Assembly (NCBI GenBank): GCA_038874655.1
Contig: JAVZBY010000001.1
Coordinates: forward strand, 52,292 to 116,291
Source of the DNA: Candidatus Woesearchaeota archaeon
Lineage (GTDB): Archaea > Nanobdellota > Nanobdellia > Woesearchaeales > GW2011-AR15
Reading direction: 5' to 3'
DNA length: 64,000 nt
The notes beneath the pieces are model-generated. The model was not told the DNA's origin. It saw only the letters and a list, made by a program, of their open reading frames with translations, and searched no databases. Below are positions 1 to 10,136 of the stretch, one piece after another; the first letter of the stretch is position 1, and every line of letters starts with the position of its first letter. Both the position numbers and the translations under genes were made by a program.

Positions 1-855
1 GAAAGAGGAGTTGATCCTATGGAATGTGTTGCAATGGGAGCAGCAATCCAGGGTGGTGTTTTAGCAGGTGAAGTAAAAGATGTATTATTATTAGATGTTA
101 CTCCATTAAGTTTAGGTATTGAAACATTAGGTGGCATATTTACAGTTATGATTCCAAGAAATACTACTATACCAACAAAAAAAAGTCAAATATTTAGTAC
201 TGCAACAGACAACCAACCAGCTGTAACCATAAAAGTAGGACAAGGAGAAAGACCTATGTTTGCAGATAACAAATTATTAGGTCAATTTGATTTAGTTGGA
301 ATTCCACCAGCTCCAAGAGGAGTTCCTCAAATAGAAGTAACTTTTGACATAGATGCTAATGGAATTGTTCATGTATCAGCAAAAGATTTAGGAACAGGTA
401 AAGAACAGTCAATTAGGATAACAGCATCAACAAAATTAAGTCAAGAAGAAATTGAAAGGATGAGAAAAGAAGCAGAAATGCATGCAGAAGAAGATAAAAA
501 AAGAAAAGAAAGAGCAGAAACCATAAATGAAGCAGAAACTTTAGTTTTCCAATATGAAAAAACATTAAAAGATATGGCTGACAAAGTAGATAAATCTTTA
601 ATAGAACCTATTCAAAAAGACATTGATGCATTAAAAGAACTATTAAAAGATAAAGAGAAAAATTATGAGGCAATAAAAAAAGCAAAAGATCAACTAACAG
701 AAAAATTCCAAAAAGTTTCAGAAGAATTATACAGAAAAGCAGCAGAATCAAGACAATCAACACATACAAATCAAGATAAAGAAAGCAAAGAAAACCAAAA
801 AGAAAAAGTTGTTGATGCTGAAGTAGTTGATGAAGATAAAGAAGATAAAAATTAA
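1..855 (+). CDS. dnaK: Chaperone DnaK (Hsp70), 5'-truncated by window edge
   Basis: [50 protein letters not shown]; frame open to position 1. Confidence 0.98.
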   Translation, partial: ERGVDPMECVAMGAAIQGGVLAGEVKDVLLLDVTPLSLGIETLGGIFTVMIPRNTTIPTKKSQIFSTATDNQPAVTIKVGQGERPMFADNKLLGQFDLVGIPPAPRGVPQIEVTFDIDANGIVHVSAKDLGTGKEQSIRITASTKLSQEEIERMRKEAEMHAEEDKKRKERAETINEAETLVFQYEKTLKDMADKVDKSLIEPIQKDIDALKELLKDKEKNYEAIKKAKDQLTEKFQKVSEELYRKAAESRQSTHTNQDKESKENQKEKVVDAEVVDEDKEDKN

Positions 856-895
856 ATTAATTATTTTATTTTTGTTATTTTTTATTATAATATTT

Positions 896-1339
896 TTAAT
901 TTGAATATCCACTTTTTCTATTTAAACTTTCTAAATAATCTAATGAAACTATCCATGCAAAATTTTCCATATTACTCAAAACTAAAATATCGTTATTTCT
1001 ATAAAATAAAATTAATCTTTCTACAATTGAATTTAGATTTAATGCTAAATGTAATGAAATATTTCTCCAATCTTCAGGATTTTGGATTAATGCTTCTTCA
1101 ATTCTATTTTTAGTTTCTCTTTGTATAATTAAAGTATCTTTATAAAATTCTATTCTTTCTATTAATTGATGATTCGCAATTTCAACAAGTTCAATATACT
1201 TTTTTGTAAATTCATCATCACTTTCTGTAATTAAATAAAGGCTTACTTTTCTTGCTTTAGGATTTAAATCATATTTTCCTATTAGTGGAAAAATAGGTAT
1301 ATAATTAATAATTCCTAAGCTTTCAATTTCAATATTCAT
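896..1339 (-). CDS. Hypothetical protein
   Basis: 147-aa ORF with protein-like composition filling the gap; no motif recognised. Confidence 0.6.
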   Translation of the reverse strand: MNIEIESLGIINYIPIFPLIGKYDLNPKARKVSLYLITESDDEFTKKYIELVEIANHQLIERIEFYKDTLIIQRETKNRIEEALIQNPEDWRNISLHLALNLNSIVERLILFYRNNDILVLSNMENFAWIVSLDYLESLNRKSGYSN

Positions 1340-1395
1340 TTATTTAGAAAATATTCTCTTTTTTAAATTCTTTTTCACTTTTTTTTAAAAAAGAA

Positions 1396-2004
1396 TTAAG
1401 ATATTATAAACACCTTTACTAAATCTAATAAATAATAAAAAACTAAAAAATTGAATAAAAAATTAGAAACGCTATAAGATATATTCTTTATCATATCATA
1501 ATCAAAAACTATATGATAAAATAAAAAAACAAACAAATTATTGATAAAAGAAGCTATAATTCCTATTAAAAATAAAGACTCTGTTATATTAAAATACTGG
1601 AAAAAAAGAGTAATTAAAGCCATCAACATATAACCCATTAGCATTGGAAATGAAAAAGGACTTATATTAAAACTAACAATAAAACTTAAAATTCCACCTA
1701 AAATAGCAAAAATTAAACCAGCTTTTATTCCAAAATTATAAGTAATTAAAACAATTCCAAAGGTCATAAATTCTATTTCAATTGGTAGTTTAATAAATCT
1801 CTTATAGATAGAAACAACAACATTTATAAAAATAAAAATAGAAACATATATAATTGCTCTTGCAGTTTTTGATCTCATAATAACTAAACTTAATAACAGA
1901 ATAGATACAAAGATAAGAAAATAAAAAATATAATTAAACTTTTCATTATTAATAAAAAATTTATTTATAAAATATTCCAACAAATTTTCATTTTTTTTTG
2001 ACAT
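1396..2004 (-). CDS. Integral membrane protein (about 6 TM), possibly ECF S-component-like
   Basis: Multiple hydrophobic segments; size about 200 aa; family guess is weak. Confidence 0.6.
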   Translation of the reverse strand: MSKKNENLLEYFINKFFINNEKFNYIFYFLIFVSILLLSLVIMRSKTARAIIYVSIFIFINVVVSIYKRFIKLPIEIEFMTFGIVLITYNFGIKAGLIFAILGGILSFIVSFNISPFSFPMLMGYMLMALITLFFQYFNITESLFLIGIIASFINNLFVFLFYHIVFDYDMIKNISYSVSNFLFNFLVFYYLLDLVKVFIIS

Positions 2005-2115
2005 TATATAATAAAAATGAAATACAATTAAAAATCTTTTCTATTAATTTTAAACGAGTTTCTAATAATCAAAATTTAGAAAAAAATATAAACCTAAAAA
2101 GAACTTTTTTAAGTA

Positions 2116-3075
2116 ATGCACGAATTAAGAAAAGATTATCTTATAGACAGATTTGTTATCATATCAAATGAAAGAGGTAAAAGACCTCATGAATTTAAAA
2201 TAGATGAAAAAATTGATGACACAACTCATAAAGAGATATGTTTTTTTTGTCCTGGAAATGAAAATTTAACACCTTCAACTATACATAGATATCCAGACAA
2301 TAATAATTGGCAAATAAGAGTATTTAGCAACAAATTCCCAGCTGTAAAAAACGAAGGCAATCCTATTTTAAAAACAGATAATCATTTTTTTACTTATGCT
2401 AATGCTTTTGGATATCATGAAGTTTTAGTTGAATCAAATGATCATAATAAAACATTAGCAGAACTTTCTATTGAGCAAATATCAAATGTTTTTAAAATAC
2501 TAAAATTAAGGTTTATTGAATTATCAAATAAACCCAATGTAAAATATGTATCAATATTCAAAAATTCAGGAAAAAATGCAGGCACTTCTATAAAACATAC
2601 CCATTGCCAAATAATTGCTTATAATATTATTCCTGAAATAATAAAAACAAAGGAATATTTTGCAAAACAACATCAAAAATGTCCCTATTGTTATATAATA
2701 GATATAGAAAAAAACTCCTATAGAAGATGTTATGAAAATAATAACTTTATCGCATTTACTCCTTATGCTTCAAGATTTCCTTTTGAAATTTGGTTAATGC
2801 CAAAAAATCATTATTCAAGCATAGATGAAATAGAGGATAATTTATTTTATGATTTAGCAGAAATCTTAAAAAAAATATTACTTAAATTAAAAGAATTAAA
2901 TGCAGATTATAATTTTTATTTACAATATAGCCCTAACATTGATTTAAAAGAAAAAATGCACTTTCATATAGAAATATGTCCAAGATTAAGTATACAAGCA
3001 GGTTTTGAATTATCAACTAATACTTTTATTAATACTATTTCTCCAGAGGATGCAGCTTTATTTTATAGAAATTAA
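2116..3075 (+). CDS. galT: Galactose-1-phosphate uridylyltransferase
   Basis: ELRKD, RGKRP, CFFCPGNE, NKFPA, GYHEV, AGTSIKHTHCQ (HxHxQ), HFHIEI. Confidence 0.93.
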   Translation: MHELRKDYLIDRFVIISNERGKRPHEFKIDEKIDDTTHKEICFFCPGNENLTPSTIHRYPDNNNWQIRVFSNKFPAVKNEGNPILKTDNHFFTYANAFGYHEVLVESNDHNKTLAELSIEQISNVFKILKLRFIELSNKPNVKYVSIFKNSGKNAGTSIKHTHCQIIAYNIIPEIIKTKEYFAKQHQKCPYCYIIDIEKNSYRRCYENNNFIAFTPYASRFPFEIWLMPKNHYSSIDEIEDNLFYDLAEILKKILLKLKELNADYNFYLQYSPNIDLKEKMHFHIEICPRLSIQAGFELSTNTFINTISPEDAALFYRN

Positions 3076-3158
3076 ATCTGATAAAATAAAGAAATAAAAC
3101 CAAAACTAAAAAAACAAAAAAGATATAAACAATAAATTATTAATCAAATTCTAAGGGG

Positions 3159-4001
3159 GTGAAATTTATTATAAAATTACTTAAAAAATTTTTTTTTGTA
3201 ATTATCCTTCTAATAGCATTAGTAGGAGTAGGATTTCCAAAACAATCTCAAAATAATTATTTTATTAATTATAAATACCTCTCATTTGAAGACATAAACA
3301 AAAATTTTTTTATTGATAAGGAAATTGAAGTTCCCTTAGTTGCAGTTGTAAACCAAATTTCTGATGATAATATTGAGGACACACTAACTCAAAATATAAT
3401 TCTTGGAAGTTTAAAGATATACTTACTAAAAACTAAAAATAATGAAACTAAAAATAATAATCAAAAACATATCAATCATTATAAAATTTTTATAGATGAT
3501 AAAATAAAACTAAATGAAACAACAATAAAAAGTATATTTGATAGTGTAAATTATATAGAAAAAAAATTAAAAATAGAAAACCAATATTTTATATCATATA
3601 ACTTAAATTCTAAATCTTTATCCGGAACGAGCTCAGGTGCATCAATAGCATTAGGCATCTTTTTATTAAATCATAATAAAAAACCAAATCTTAATTTTAT
3701 TATTTCAGGTTCTATTGATGATGAAGGAAATTTATTGCCTAGTGGCTCTATTTATTATAAATCAATTTTTATTGATAAACACAACCAAAAAATATCTGAG
3801 AAAAACTATGTAGAAAAGTACAGCATAAAAAATAATTTTTATAATATTTTATATGTTAGCAAAGGTCAATCTAAAACATTGTTAAAATTAGATAACAATA
3901 TGTATAAAGAAATAAGTATTAACAATCTAACAAAAACACTAAAAGTTGTTGAATTGAATAATATTGATGAAATTTTAAACAAAATAGATTATTTAGAATA
4001 G
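3159..4001 (+). CDS. Membrane-anchored divergent Lon-like (S16) protease-domain protein
   Basis: N-terminal TM; SGTSSGASIA (cf. GPSAG), ISGSIDDEGNLLPSGSIYYK (cf. TGTI..G.I.PVGG...K). Confidence 0.65.
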   Translation: MKFIIKLLKKFFFVIILLIALVGVGFPKQSQNNYFINYKYLSFEDINKNFFIDKEIEVPLVAVVNQISDDNIEDTLTQNIILGSLKIYLLKTKNNETKNNNQKHINHYKIFIDDKIKLNETTIKSIFDSVNYIEKKLKIENQYFISYNLNSKSLSGTSSGASIALGIFLLNHNKKPNLNFIISGSIDDEGNLLPSGSIYYKSIFIDKHNQKISEKNYVEKYSIKNNFYNILYVSKGQSKTLLKLDNNMYKEISINNLTKTLKVVELNNIDEILNKIDYLE

Positions 4002-4113
4002 AAAATAATAAATTTTGTCAAATAGTTTTTAAAATATTTATCCGAAATTATATATTCTTATAAAAATAAATTTATAAATAAAAAATATTATCCCTATAAG
4101 TAGTGGGGTAAAA

Positions 4114-4665
4114 ATGAGTTGGAAACAAATTGCTAAATCAAACGATTTAATAATTTTTGAAAAGAATCTAAAAAATTATAAAATAAAAATAGAAGCAAGA
4201 AAAACAAATGACTATTGGGAAATCTTTAAAACTAAAATAAAGGGGGAAAGTTCTACACTAATTTCACAATACAAAGTTTCTAATAATGAATTAAATGATA
4301 TACTAAAAAAACTTAAAAAAAATAAACAAGAGGTAAATGAAGAAATAAACTTTAGACCTGAAAAGATATTTATAAGTCTAAAAAGAATCTTTAAAGAAGA
4401 ATTTACTGAAAAATGGGAATTTAAAATTTTAAATGAAGATAAAAATTTTATACTATTACATTTTGAAGATGCATTAGAGGTAGATATTGTTTTAAATAAA
4501 AAATATAAACCCTATGAAAACCAAATACTAAATCAATTAAGAGATAATTTAGGATTAGAAGAATTTTCCTCTAATATTTATACTAGAGTATATTACTTTG
4601 AGACCACCTCTTATTATAGTGAAGAGAATGACTTTTTTACAGTAGATGAAGATTTTTTAAACTAA
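4114..4665 (+). CDS. Hypothetical protein
   Basis: 183-aa ORF with GTGGGG SD-like site upstream. Confidence 0.65.
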   Translation: MSWKQIAKSNDLIIFEKNLKNYKIKIEARKTNDYWEIFKTKIKGESSTLISQYKVSNNELNDILKKLKKNKQEVNEEINFRPEKIFISLKRIFKEEFTEKWEFKILNEDKNFILLHFEDALEVDIVLNKKYKPYENQILNQLRDNLGLEEFSSNIYTRVYYFETTSYYSEENDFFTVDEDFLN

Positions 4666-4709
4666 ACTATAAAAAATAATAATTTTTATAAGAAAATTCA
4701 TTAAAATAA

Positions 4710-5306
4710 TTAATTAATTTTTGCAACAATCTCTTCTTCATCAATTTTTATGAAATCAATAAGTTGTTTTTTTTTTAATTTTTCTATGTATCTATAAAAT
4801 GTTGCTTTTGAACATAAATTCTCTTGATCAACAATAATCTCTTTTATATCAGAAGTACTATAATTTTTTTTTTCAGCCAAGCTCAAAATTCTGTTTATTA
4901 TAATATTTTTTCTTTTTTTATTGATTTTTTCTATGAATTTATTATTTTTCTTTTCTTTTTTCAGCGCACTTTCAACAGCTTCTTTTACAATTATTTTAAT
5001 AACTTCTAAATTTAATTCATTATATTTATTTGGATTATTACTCATAATTTTATTGTTTTCAATTTGATTAGAAAAATTCTCTTTATTTTCACTTAAAATC
5101 TCATGATTATTAATAAAGATGGCATCATTATTATTAATTTTTTTTAAAATTTTTTCTTCTTGAGAAACTTTTTCAGATAACTTTTCTTTTAATATATAAT
5201 TTTCTTTTTTTAAATTTTCAATCTCTAATCTTAATTTTGTAATATCTTCTTTTATTCTCGCAAAAGACTCTATAAGTGCATTTCTATCAATTTCACCCCC
5301 AACCAT
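4710..5306 (-). CDS. Coiled-coil + C-terminal winged-helix DNA-binding protein adjacent to candidate origin
   Basis: N-terminal heptads (SFARIKEDITKLRLEIENLKKEN); C-terminal HTH-like STSDIKEII..CSKATFYRYIEKL followed by a beta wing. Confidence 0.75.
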   Translation of the reverse strand: MVGGEIDRNALIESFARIKEDITKLRLEIENLKKENYILKEKLSEKVSQEEKILKKINNNDAIFINNHEILSENKENFSNQIENNKIMSNNPNKYNELNLEVIKIIVKEAVESALKKEKKNNKFIEKINKKRKNIIINRILSLAEKKNYSTSDIKEIIVDQENLCSKATFYRYIEKLKKKQLIDFIKIDEEEIVAKIN

Positions 5307-5349
5307 GAAAAATTAAATTATTAATCCCTTTTTAAATATTTCTAAATTT

Positions 5350-5510
5350 TGATATTTTTATGATACTAATATGATAATAAAATGAAAATTATTGATACAA
5401 AAATGAGACAAAAAATATTAAAATTTCCATAGGAAATAAAGGGGTGTCTCAATCTAATATTGAGACGAAAAAGATTCATTTTTATAAGAAAATTGATACA
5501 AAAATGATAC
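5350..5510. repeat. 11-bp-periodic TGATAC/TGAGAC repeat array with one inverted pair
   Basis: Cores start at 5350, 5361, 5372, 5383, 5393, 5404, then 5461, 5494, 5505; exact 16-mer ATTGATACAAAAATGA at 5391 and 5492; inverted repeat GTCTCAAT-5 nt-ATTGAGAC at 5446-5466. Confidence 0.85.
5425..5445 (+). promoter_or_regulatory. Origin recognition box (ORB) with G-string
   Basis: TTCCATAGGAAATAAAGGGGT matches the archaeal ORB pattern TTCCAnnGGAAA..GGGG. Confidence 0.75.
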
Positions 5511-5546
5511 TTTATTTATAAATACTTTTAAAAAAAGCATAATTTA

Positions 5547-5559
5547 ATTTCCTATGCAA
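5547..5559 (-). promoter_or_regulatory. Inverted mini-ORB (no G-string)
   Basis: Reverse complement TTGCATAGGAAAT differs by 1 nt from the ORB core TTCCATAGGAAAT. Confidence 0.6.
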
Positions 5560-5684
5560 TATAAAGCAAAGAATAAAATTAATTAAAATAATTTTTAAAT
5601 AAGGAAAACTTCTTTGTTGATATTTTACTTTTTAATTAATATTATTTAACTGCTAATACATGTAAAAAATAAGAGGTGGTGTTT

Positions 5685-6089
5685 ATGGATTGCGTATTTT
5701 GTAAAATAATTGAAAATAAAATACCTTCTTCAAAGATATATGAAGATGATTCAGTAATAGCTTTTTTAGACATAGCACCTGTTCATAAGGGCCATACTTT
5801 AGTTGTTCCAAAAAAACACTCGGAAAATATGCTAAAAGATGATGATGAAGATTTAAAAAAATGTATTGTTGTTTCAAAAAGATTAGCTAACGCGATTTTA
5901 AAAGCAACAAATGCAGATGGAATTAACTTAATAATAAACACTATGCCTGCTGCTGGACAAGTCGTAATGCATACACATTTTCATTTAATTCCAAGATATA
6001 AAAATGATGGCTTAAAACATTGGCCTCAAGGAAAATATGAAAACAATGAAATGGAAAGCATTAAAAAGAGGATTTTAGAATTGATGTAA
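5685..6089 (+). CDS. hit: HIT family hydrolase
   Basis: DCVFCKI, GHTLVVPKKH, AGQVVMHTHFHLIPR; ATG at 5685 follows GAGGTGG SD. Confidence 0.95.
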   Translation: MDCVFCKIIENKIPSSKIYEDDSVIAFLDIAPVHKGHTLVVPKKHSENMLKDDDEDLKKCIVVSKRLANAILKATNADGINLIINTMPAAGQVVMHTHFHLIPRYKNDGLKHWPQGKYENNEMESIKKRILELM

Positions 6090-6136
6090 TAAAATAAATT
6101 AATTTAATAAATATTATTTTTTTAACTATCTAAAAA

Positions 6137-6241
6137 CTACATTCTAAAAAAAGGATTTTCTTTTTCTTCAATTACAGATAAAATTCTGCCGTTAAGATCT
6201 CTTATTATCAAGCTGTCTGCACTTGGTTTTTTTAATAACAT
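6137..6241 (-). CDS. Unannotated 34-aa small protein MLLKKPSADSLIIRDLNGRILSVIEEKENPFFRM
   Basis: ATG at 6241 preceded by GAGGAGG SD; higher GC than flanks; below ORF-track cutoff. Confidence 0.55.
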   Translation of the reverse strand: MLLKKPSADSLIIRDLNGRILSVIEEKENPFFRM

Positions 6242-6549
6242 TTTAACGCCCTCCTCAAGCTTTTTTTATCTTTATTTTGTTTTTATTTTACTATTTTCAT
6301 ATTTATAAACTAATAAGCAATTAGTATACTTTTTTATATACTAATATATCGGACATATTTAAATACTTTTCGTTTTTTTAATTTTAAGAAATAAAAAAAC
6401 CACTTTTTTGTTCAATAAATATTTTAATTCTAACAATAAATAGATTAATTTCTTAATAAAAAATTAATAATAAAACTTAATATAATAAAATTACAATTAT
6501 ACAAGAAAAAATATTTAAAAAATATACAATTAAAAAATTGAAAAGTTCA

Positions 6550-6945
6550 TTAATTTAATCCTAAAGCAGTTTTAAGTTCTTCACTTGGTTGCCAGGGTGG
6601 TTCAAATGTAATTTCTATTTTTACAGTATCTATTTCTTTAACCTCCTCTTTTATTGCTGACTCAATCAAATCCATAAGCATAGGACCATATGGACATAGA
6701 GGAGTAGTAAAAGTCATTGTTATCTCAACTCTATATTTATTAAAACTATTTTTTTCTTTTGTTTTATTACTTTTTTCTAATTTGCTTGTTTTTTTATTCT
6801 CTTTAATATCTAATTTATAAATTAAACCTAAGGTATAAACATCAAGACCTAACTCAGGATCATCAACTCTTTTTAAAACATCAACAACTTTATCTCTAAT
6901 TTGATTTATTTCTTCATGATTATTATCTTGTGATAAGCCACCCAT
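6550..6945 (-). CDS. DUF59/SufT-type Fe-S cluster assembly protein
   Basis: VDDPELGLDVYTLGLIY, MTFTTPLCP, FEPPW. Confidence 0.92.
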   Translation of the reverse strand: MGGLSQDNNHEEINQIRDKVVDVLKRVDDPELGLDVYTLGLIYKLDIKENKKTSKLEKSNKTKEKNSFNKYRVEITMTFTTPLCPYGPMLMDLIESAIKEEVKEIDTVKIEITFEPPWQPSEELKTALGLN

Positions 6946-7087
6946 AATGAATCACCAACACTATAAAATAAAATTAGTTTTATATAATTTATGTTAAAGT
7001 CCTAAACCAATTTTAAACAAAATTATTTATTATTATTTAGTTGATTTATTGAAAAACTATTTATACTAGTTCTCTTTAAATTATAGT

Positions 7088-8596
7088 ATGCAATTAGAAA
7101 AAATAGAGAGATTTATAGAAGATTTCATCATATTTTATTTAATCACAACAAAATTTATGCAATATTTCGGATTTATATCAATTTTTGAAAAAATTGGATT
7201 ATACAGAGAATTTTTTGAATTTGTTGATATTATTGTCTCAATGACAGGATTAGCTTATGTTTTATATAAATCAAGTTTATCTAGTATCTTTTTTGGTACA
7301 AAAAACAAGTTTTTTGACTTTTTTTCAATTTTTTTTTATTTTTTTCTCATTGTTAATAAATTTATAGAATTTAATTATGTTTTAGCTTCAAAAGGCATTT
7401 GTTCATTAGAAAATAGGTTTTTAGCACCTCTAATATGTTACATAGCAAATCCCTTGAATAGTGATTTTCTAATAAATACTGGTTTTTATATAGGAACAAT
7501 TGGCTTAATTTTATTAACTCTTTATGCGACATTTAAAATAAATATTTCTGATAAAAGCATATTAAATGCTTTACATGAAGACAATAAAACTAAAAAATTA
7601 ATAAAATTCATCAGCTCTTTTTTTGTTATATTTGGGTTTTACATTATTTTTTTCAATTTTATAAGTGAATGGTTTACTAGAGTTTTGGATGCTCCAATTA
7701 TGTTAATAGCATTATTAATTTATTTTATTAAATTTCATGGAAAAGCGAATGAAGCAGAAACTATTATATTTAAAGTAAGTTCCTCTGTTGAGAATCTAAT
7801 AGAAAATTTTGTTAATCTTTTTCATGATAGAAAAACTATTTTTTTAGGCATATCCTTAATGCTTGTTTTACATTTAATAAGCGATTTAGCTATATTTATA
7901 ATACCCTATAATTTTGGCGTTGGTAATAATTATGTAATTGAATCATTAGAAGATGAAAAACATCTTTCAATAATAGAGCATTTTAATAAAGATTTAGAAA
8001 AAGGTCATAATCCAATTCTGCTTTTTATTGGATACTTTTTAAACACAATTGGTACTTTTTATTTAATGTTTTTTCCGCTTTTTATTTGGTTTGTGGTTTA
8101 TGATAACCTTACTAACAAAAAACAAAGAAATTTTCCAAACATATTAATTGCAATATTTTTTTCTTGTTTAATCTTTATGGAAGCAATGCCTACCTATAAA
8201 ATAACAAGTTTAGTAAATGAAAATTTAATTGGAACAGATATTCAAACACAATCCTTATTAACTAATGATACAAATTTAACTTTGATACTAATTTTAGATT
8301 TTCTTGTGTTTTTTGTTGTATTAATTTTAATAAATAAACCCTTATTCAAAGATATAGCATTCTTTATTATGACAATAATAACCTTAGGTTTTTTTGGAAT
8401 ATATGTTTATTATTATTTTATAAGTATATTTACATATTTTATTAGTTTGTTGCAATATTACTTAACAAAATACATGATATATAATCTATTATTAAATCTT
8501 ATCTTCTTAGTTTTAATTACTGTATTTTACATAGGTAGTTATTTAAGCTTTTTAATTTATGTTTTCAAAGAAGATAAAAAAGAAAATTTAAATTAA
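7088..8596 (+). CDS. Polytopic membrane protein of unknown function
   Basis: 502 aa with more than 10 hydrophobic segments. Confidence 0.75.
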   Translation: MQLEKIERFIEDFIIFYLITTKFMQYFGFISIFEKIGLYREFFEFVDIIVSMTGLAYVLYKSSLSSIFFGTKNKFFDFFSIFFYFFLIVNKFIEFNYVLASKGICSLENRFLAPLICYIANPLNSDFLINTGFYIGTIGLILLTLYATFKINISDKSILNALHEDNKTKKLIKFISSFFVIFGFYIIFFNFISEWFTRVLDAPIMLIALLIYFIKFHGKANEAETIIFKVSSSVENLIENFVNLFHDRKTIFLGISLMLVLHLISDLAIFIIPYNFGVGNNYVIESLEDEKHLSIIEHFNKDLEKGHNPILLFIGYFLNTIGTFYLMFFPLFIWFVVYDNLTNKKQRNFPNILIAIFFSCLIFMEAMPTYKITSLVNENLIGTDIQTQSLLTNDTNLTLILILDFLVFFVVLILINKPLFKDIAFFIMTIITLGFFGIYVYYYFISIFTYFISLLQYYLTKYMIYNLLLNLIFLVLITVFYIGSYLSFLIYVFKEDKKENLN

Positions 8597-8635
8597 GTTT
8601 TTTAGTTATTACTTTTTTTAATTCATTTTATTATT

Positions 8636-9049
8636 TTAATATCTTCTCTGTTGAAAAGAATAGTTTTTTTCTGTTTCTTGTTTAGCCATATGCTCTAAAT
8701 TTACTAATCTTTGATTAATTGCATCTAAACTGGCTTTTAAATAATCTAACTTTGCAGAAATCAATTCTAAATCTTTTTGTAATGAAGAATTTTGATGTTC
8801 ATATACTTCATTATTATCATGATACATAGAATTCATTCTTTCTTGTCTTATATTTTCACCCAATGGCATTCTCATTCTAGGATCTAATTGCTCTTGATGA
8901 TTACTAAAATTTGGTGTTGATTCTAAACCTTGATTAAAATTTTGTTCATTAAAAGTTTCAAAATTTGGTTTATCTTCTAATGGTGGAAAAACTAAATCAT
9001 CTTTTTTTTTAAAAGGATTTAAATTACTTAGTGTTTCAAAAATACTCAT
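8636..9049 (-). CDS. Hypothetical protein: N-terminal amphipathic helix, disordered middle, C-terminal coiled coil
   Basis: MSIFETLSNLNPFKKK start (ATG 9049 preferred over 9067); KDLELISAKLDYLKASLDAINQRL heptads. Confidence 0.7.
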   Translation of the reverse strand: MSIFETLSNLNPFKKKDDLVFPPLEDKPNFETFNEQNFNQGLESTPNFSNHQEQLDPRMRMPLGENIRQERMNSMYHDNNEVYEHQNSSLQKDLELISAKLDYLKASLDAINQRLVNLEHMAKQETEKNYSFQQRRY

Positions 9050-9140
9050 ATCTTTATGTAGAAACATTATACTTTATTAATCTTATGTTTTTTAAGAAAA
9101 AAAGTATAAAAAAATAAAACTAAATAAAAAAATTAAAGAA

Positions 9141-10136
9141 TTATCTTCTTTTTCTCATATACAATAAACCAATTCCACTTACTAAAATTGCAAAACCAAA
9201 TGTTATTGTGCTAAACTCAGGAACATAGTAAAATTTACAACTATTAGAGCATTCGTCATCATCTATATCATTACCATCATCACATTCTTCACCAGCTCCT
9301 TCTTGTACTATGCCATCACCACAATAAGTGCAAGCATATAAATCAAATTCTGCAGTAGTTCTACATTTACCCTCATTTAAATATCCCATAAATTGATTAT
9401 TTGTACAAATAAAGTCTGTTTCTTCTCCATTTGGCTCACAAGTTTTACTAGAGCCATCATTACAGATAGAATCACCACAATAATTTATAACAACATTAAA
9501 TCTACAATTATTATTACACTGATCATTATCTATATTATTGCCATCATCACACATTTCTCCTGCATCTCTTTGTAAAATACCATCCCCACAATAAGTACAA
9601 GCAAAATCTCCTGAAGTTCTACAAACACCATTAGCTAAATCACCAGTATAAACATTATTAACACATTTCATATCTTTTGTAGGGCCATTAGGCTCACAAG
9701 TTTTACTAGAGCCATCATTACAGATAGAATCACCACAATATGGCTTGGGTTGTTCTGGAATATTACAACCGCATGTAAACTTTTGTCCACAATTTGAACA
9801 TTCTTCTGTTCTGGTATGATGTCCGGGTTTACCAGCATTATCTCTTAAACATCTTTCAACACAGCCTTGCTCATCACAACCACAAGGTTGCCATCCTGAT
9901 TGACAATCTAAATAACAACTACTTCCTCCTGCGTTTATCTCTTCTTGTACACATTGAAATGCACCATTAACTTTTCTGCATGACCACATTTTACCCTCAG
10001 AAGGATCACCAGCTGCATTACATTCAGAACCACTTTCACAACTTCCTGAGCATGAAAAAGCTAAAGTAAAAGATGTTATAAATATTAAAAATAAGCTCAT
10101 TAATAACAGGATTTTAACTTTTTTTTTGATTTTCAT
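9141..10136 (-). CDS. Secreted cysteine-rich surface protein with CGDG..E.CDDGN repeats and PEF-CTERM sorting signal
   Basis: Signal peptide; repeats YCGDGILQ..GEMCDDGN and YCGDGIVQ..GEECDDGN (Myxococcus Cys-rich/DUF4215-like); VPEF + TM + RKRR tail. Confidence 0.85.
   Translation of the reverse strand: MKIKKKVKILLLMSLFLIFITSFTLAFSCSGSCESGSECNAAGDPSEGKMWSCRKVNGAFQCVQEEINAGGSSCYLDCQSGWQPCGCDEQGCVERCLRDNAGKPGHHTRTEECSNCGQKFTCGCNIPEQPKPYCGDSICNDGSSKTCEPNGPTKDMKCVNNVYTGDLANGVCRTSGDFACTYCGDGILQRDAGEMCDDGNNIDNDQCNNNCRFNVVINYCGDSICNDGSSKTCEPNGEETDFICTNNQFMGYLNEGKCRTTAEFDLYACTYCGDGIVQEGAGEECDDGNDIDDDECSNSCKFYYVPEFSTITFGFAILVSGIGLLYMRKRR
9433..9740. repeat. Exact 50-bp intragenic direct repeat (9433-9482 and 9691-9740)
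   Basis: GGCTCACAAGTTTTACTAGAGCCATCATTACAGATAGAATCACCACAATA twice, 258 bp apart; encodes YCGDSICNDGSSKTCEP. Confidence 0.9.
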
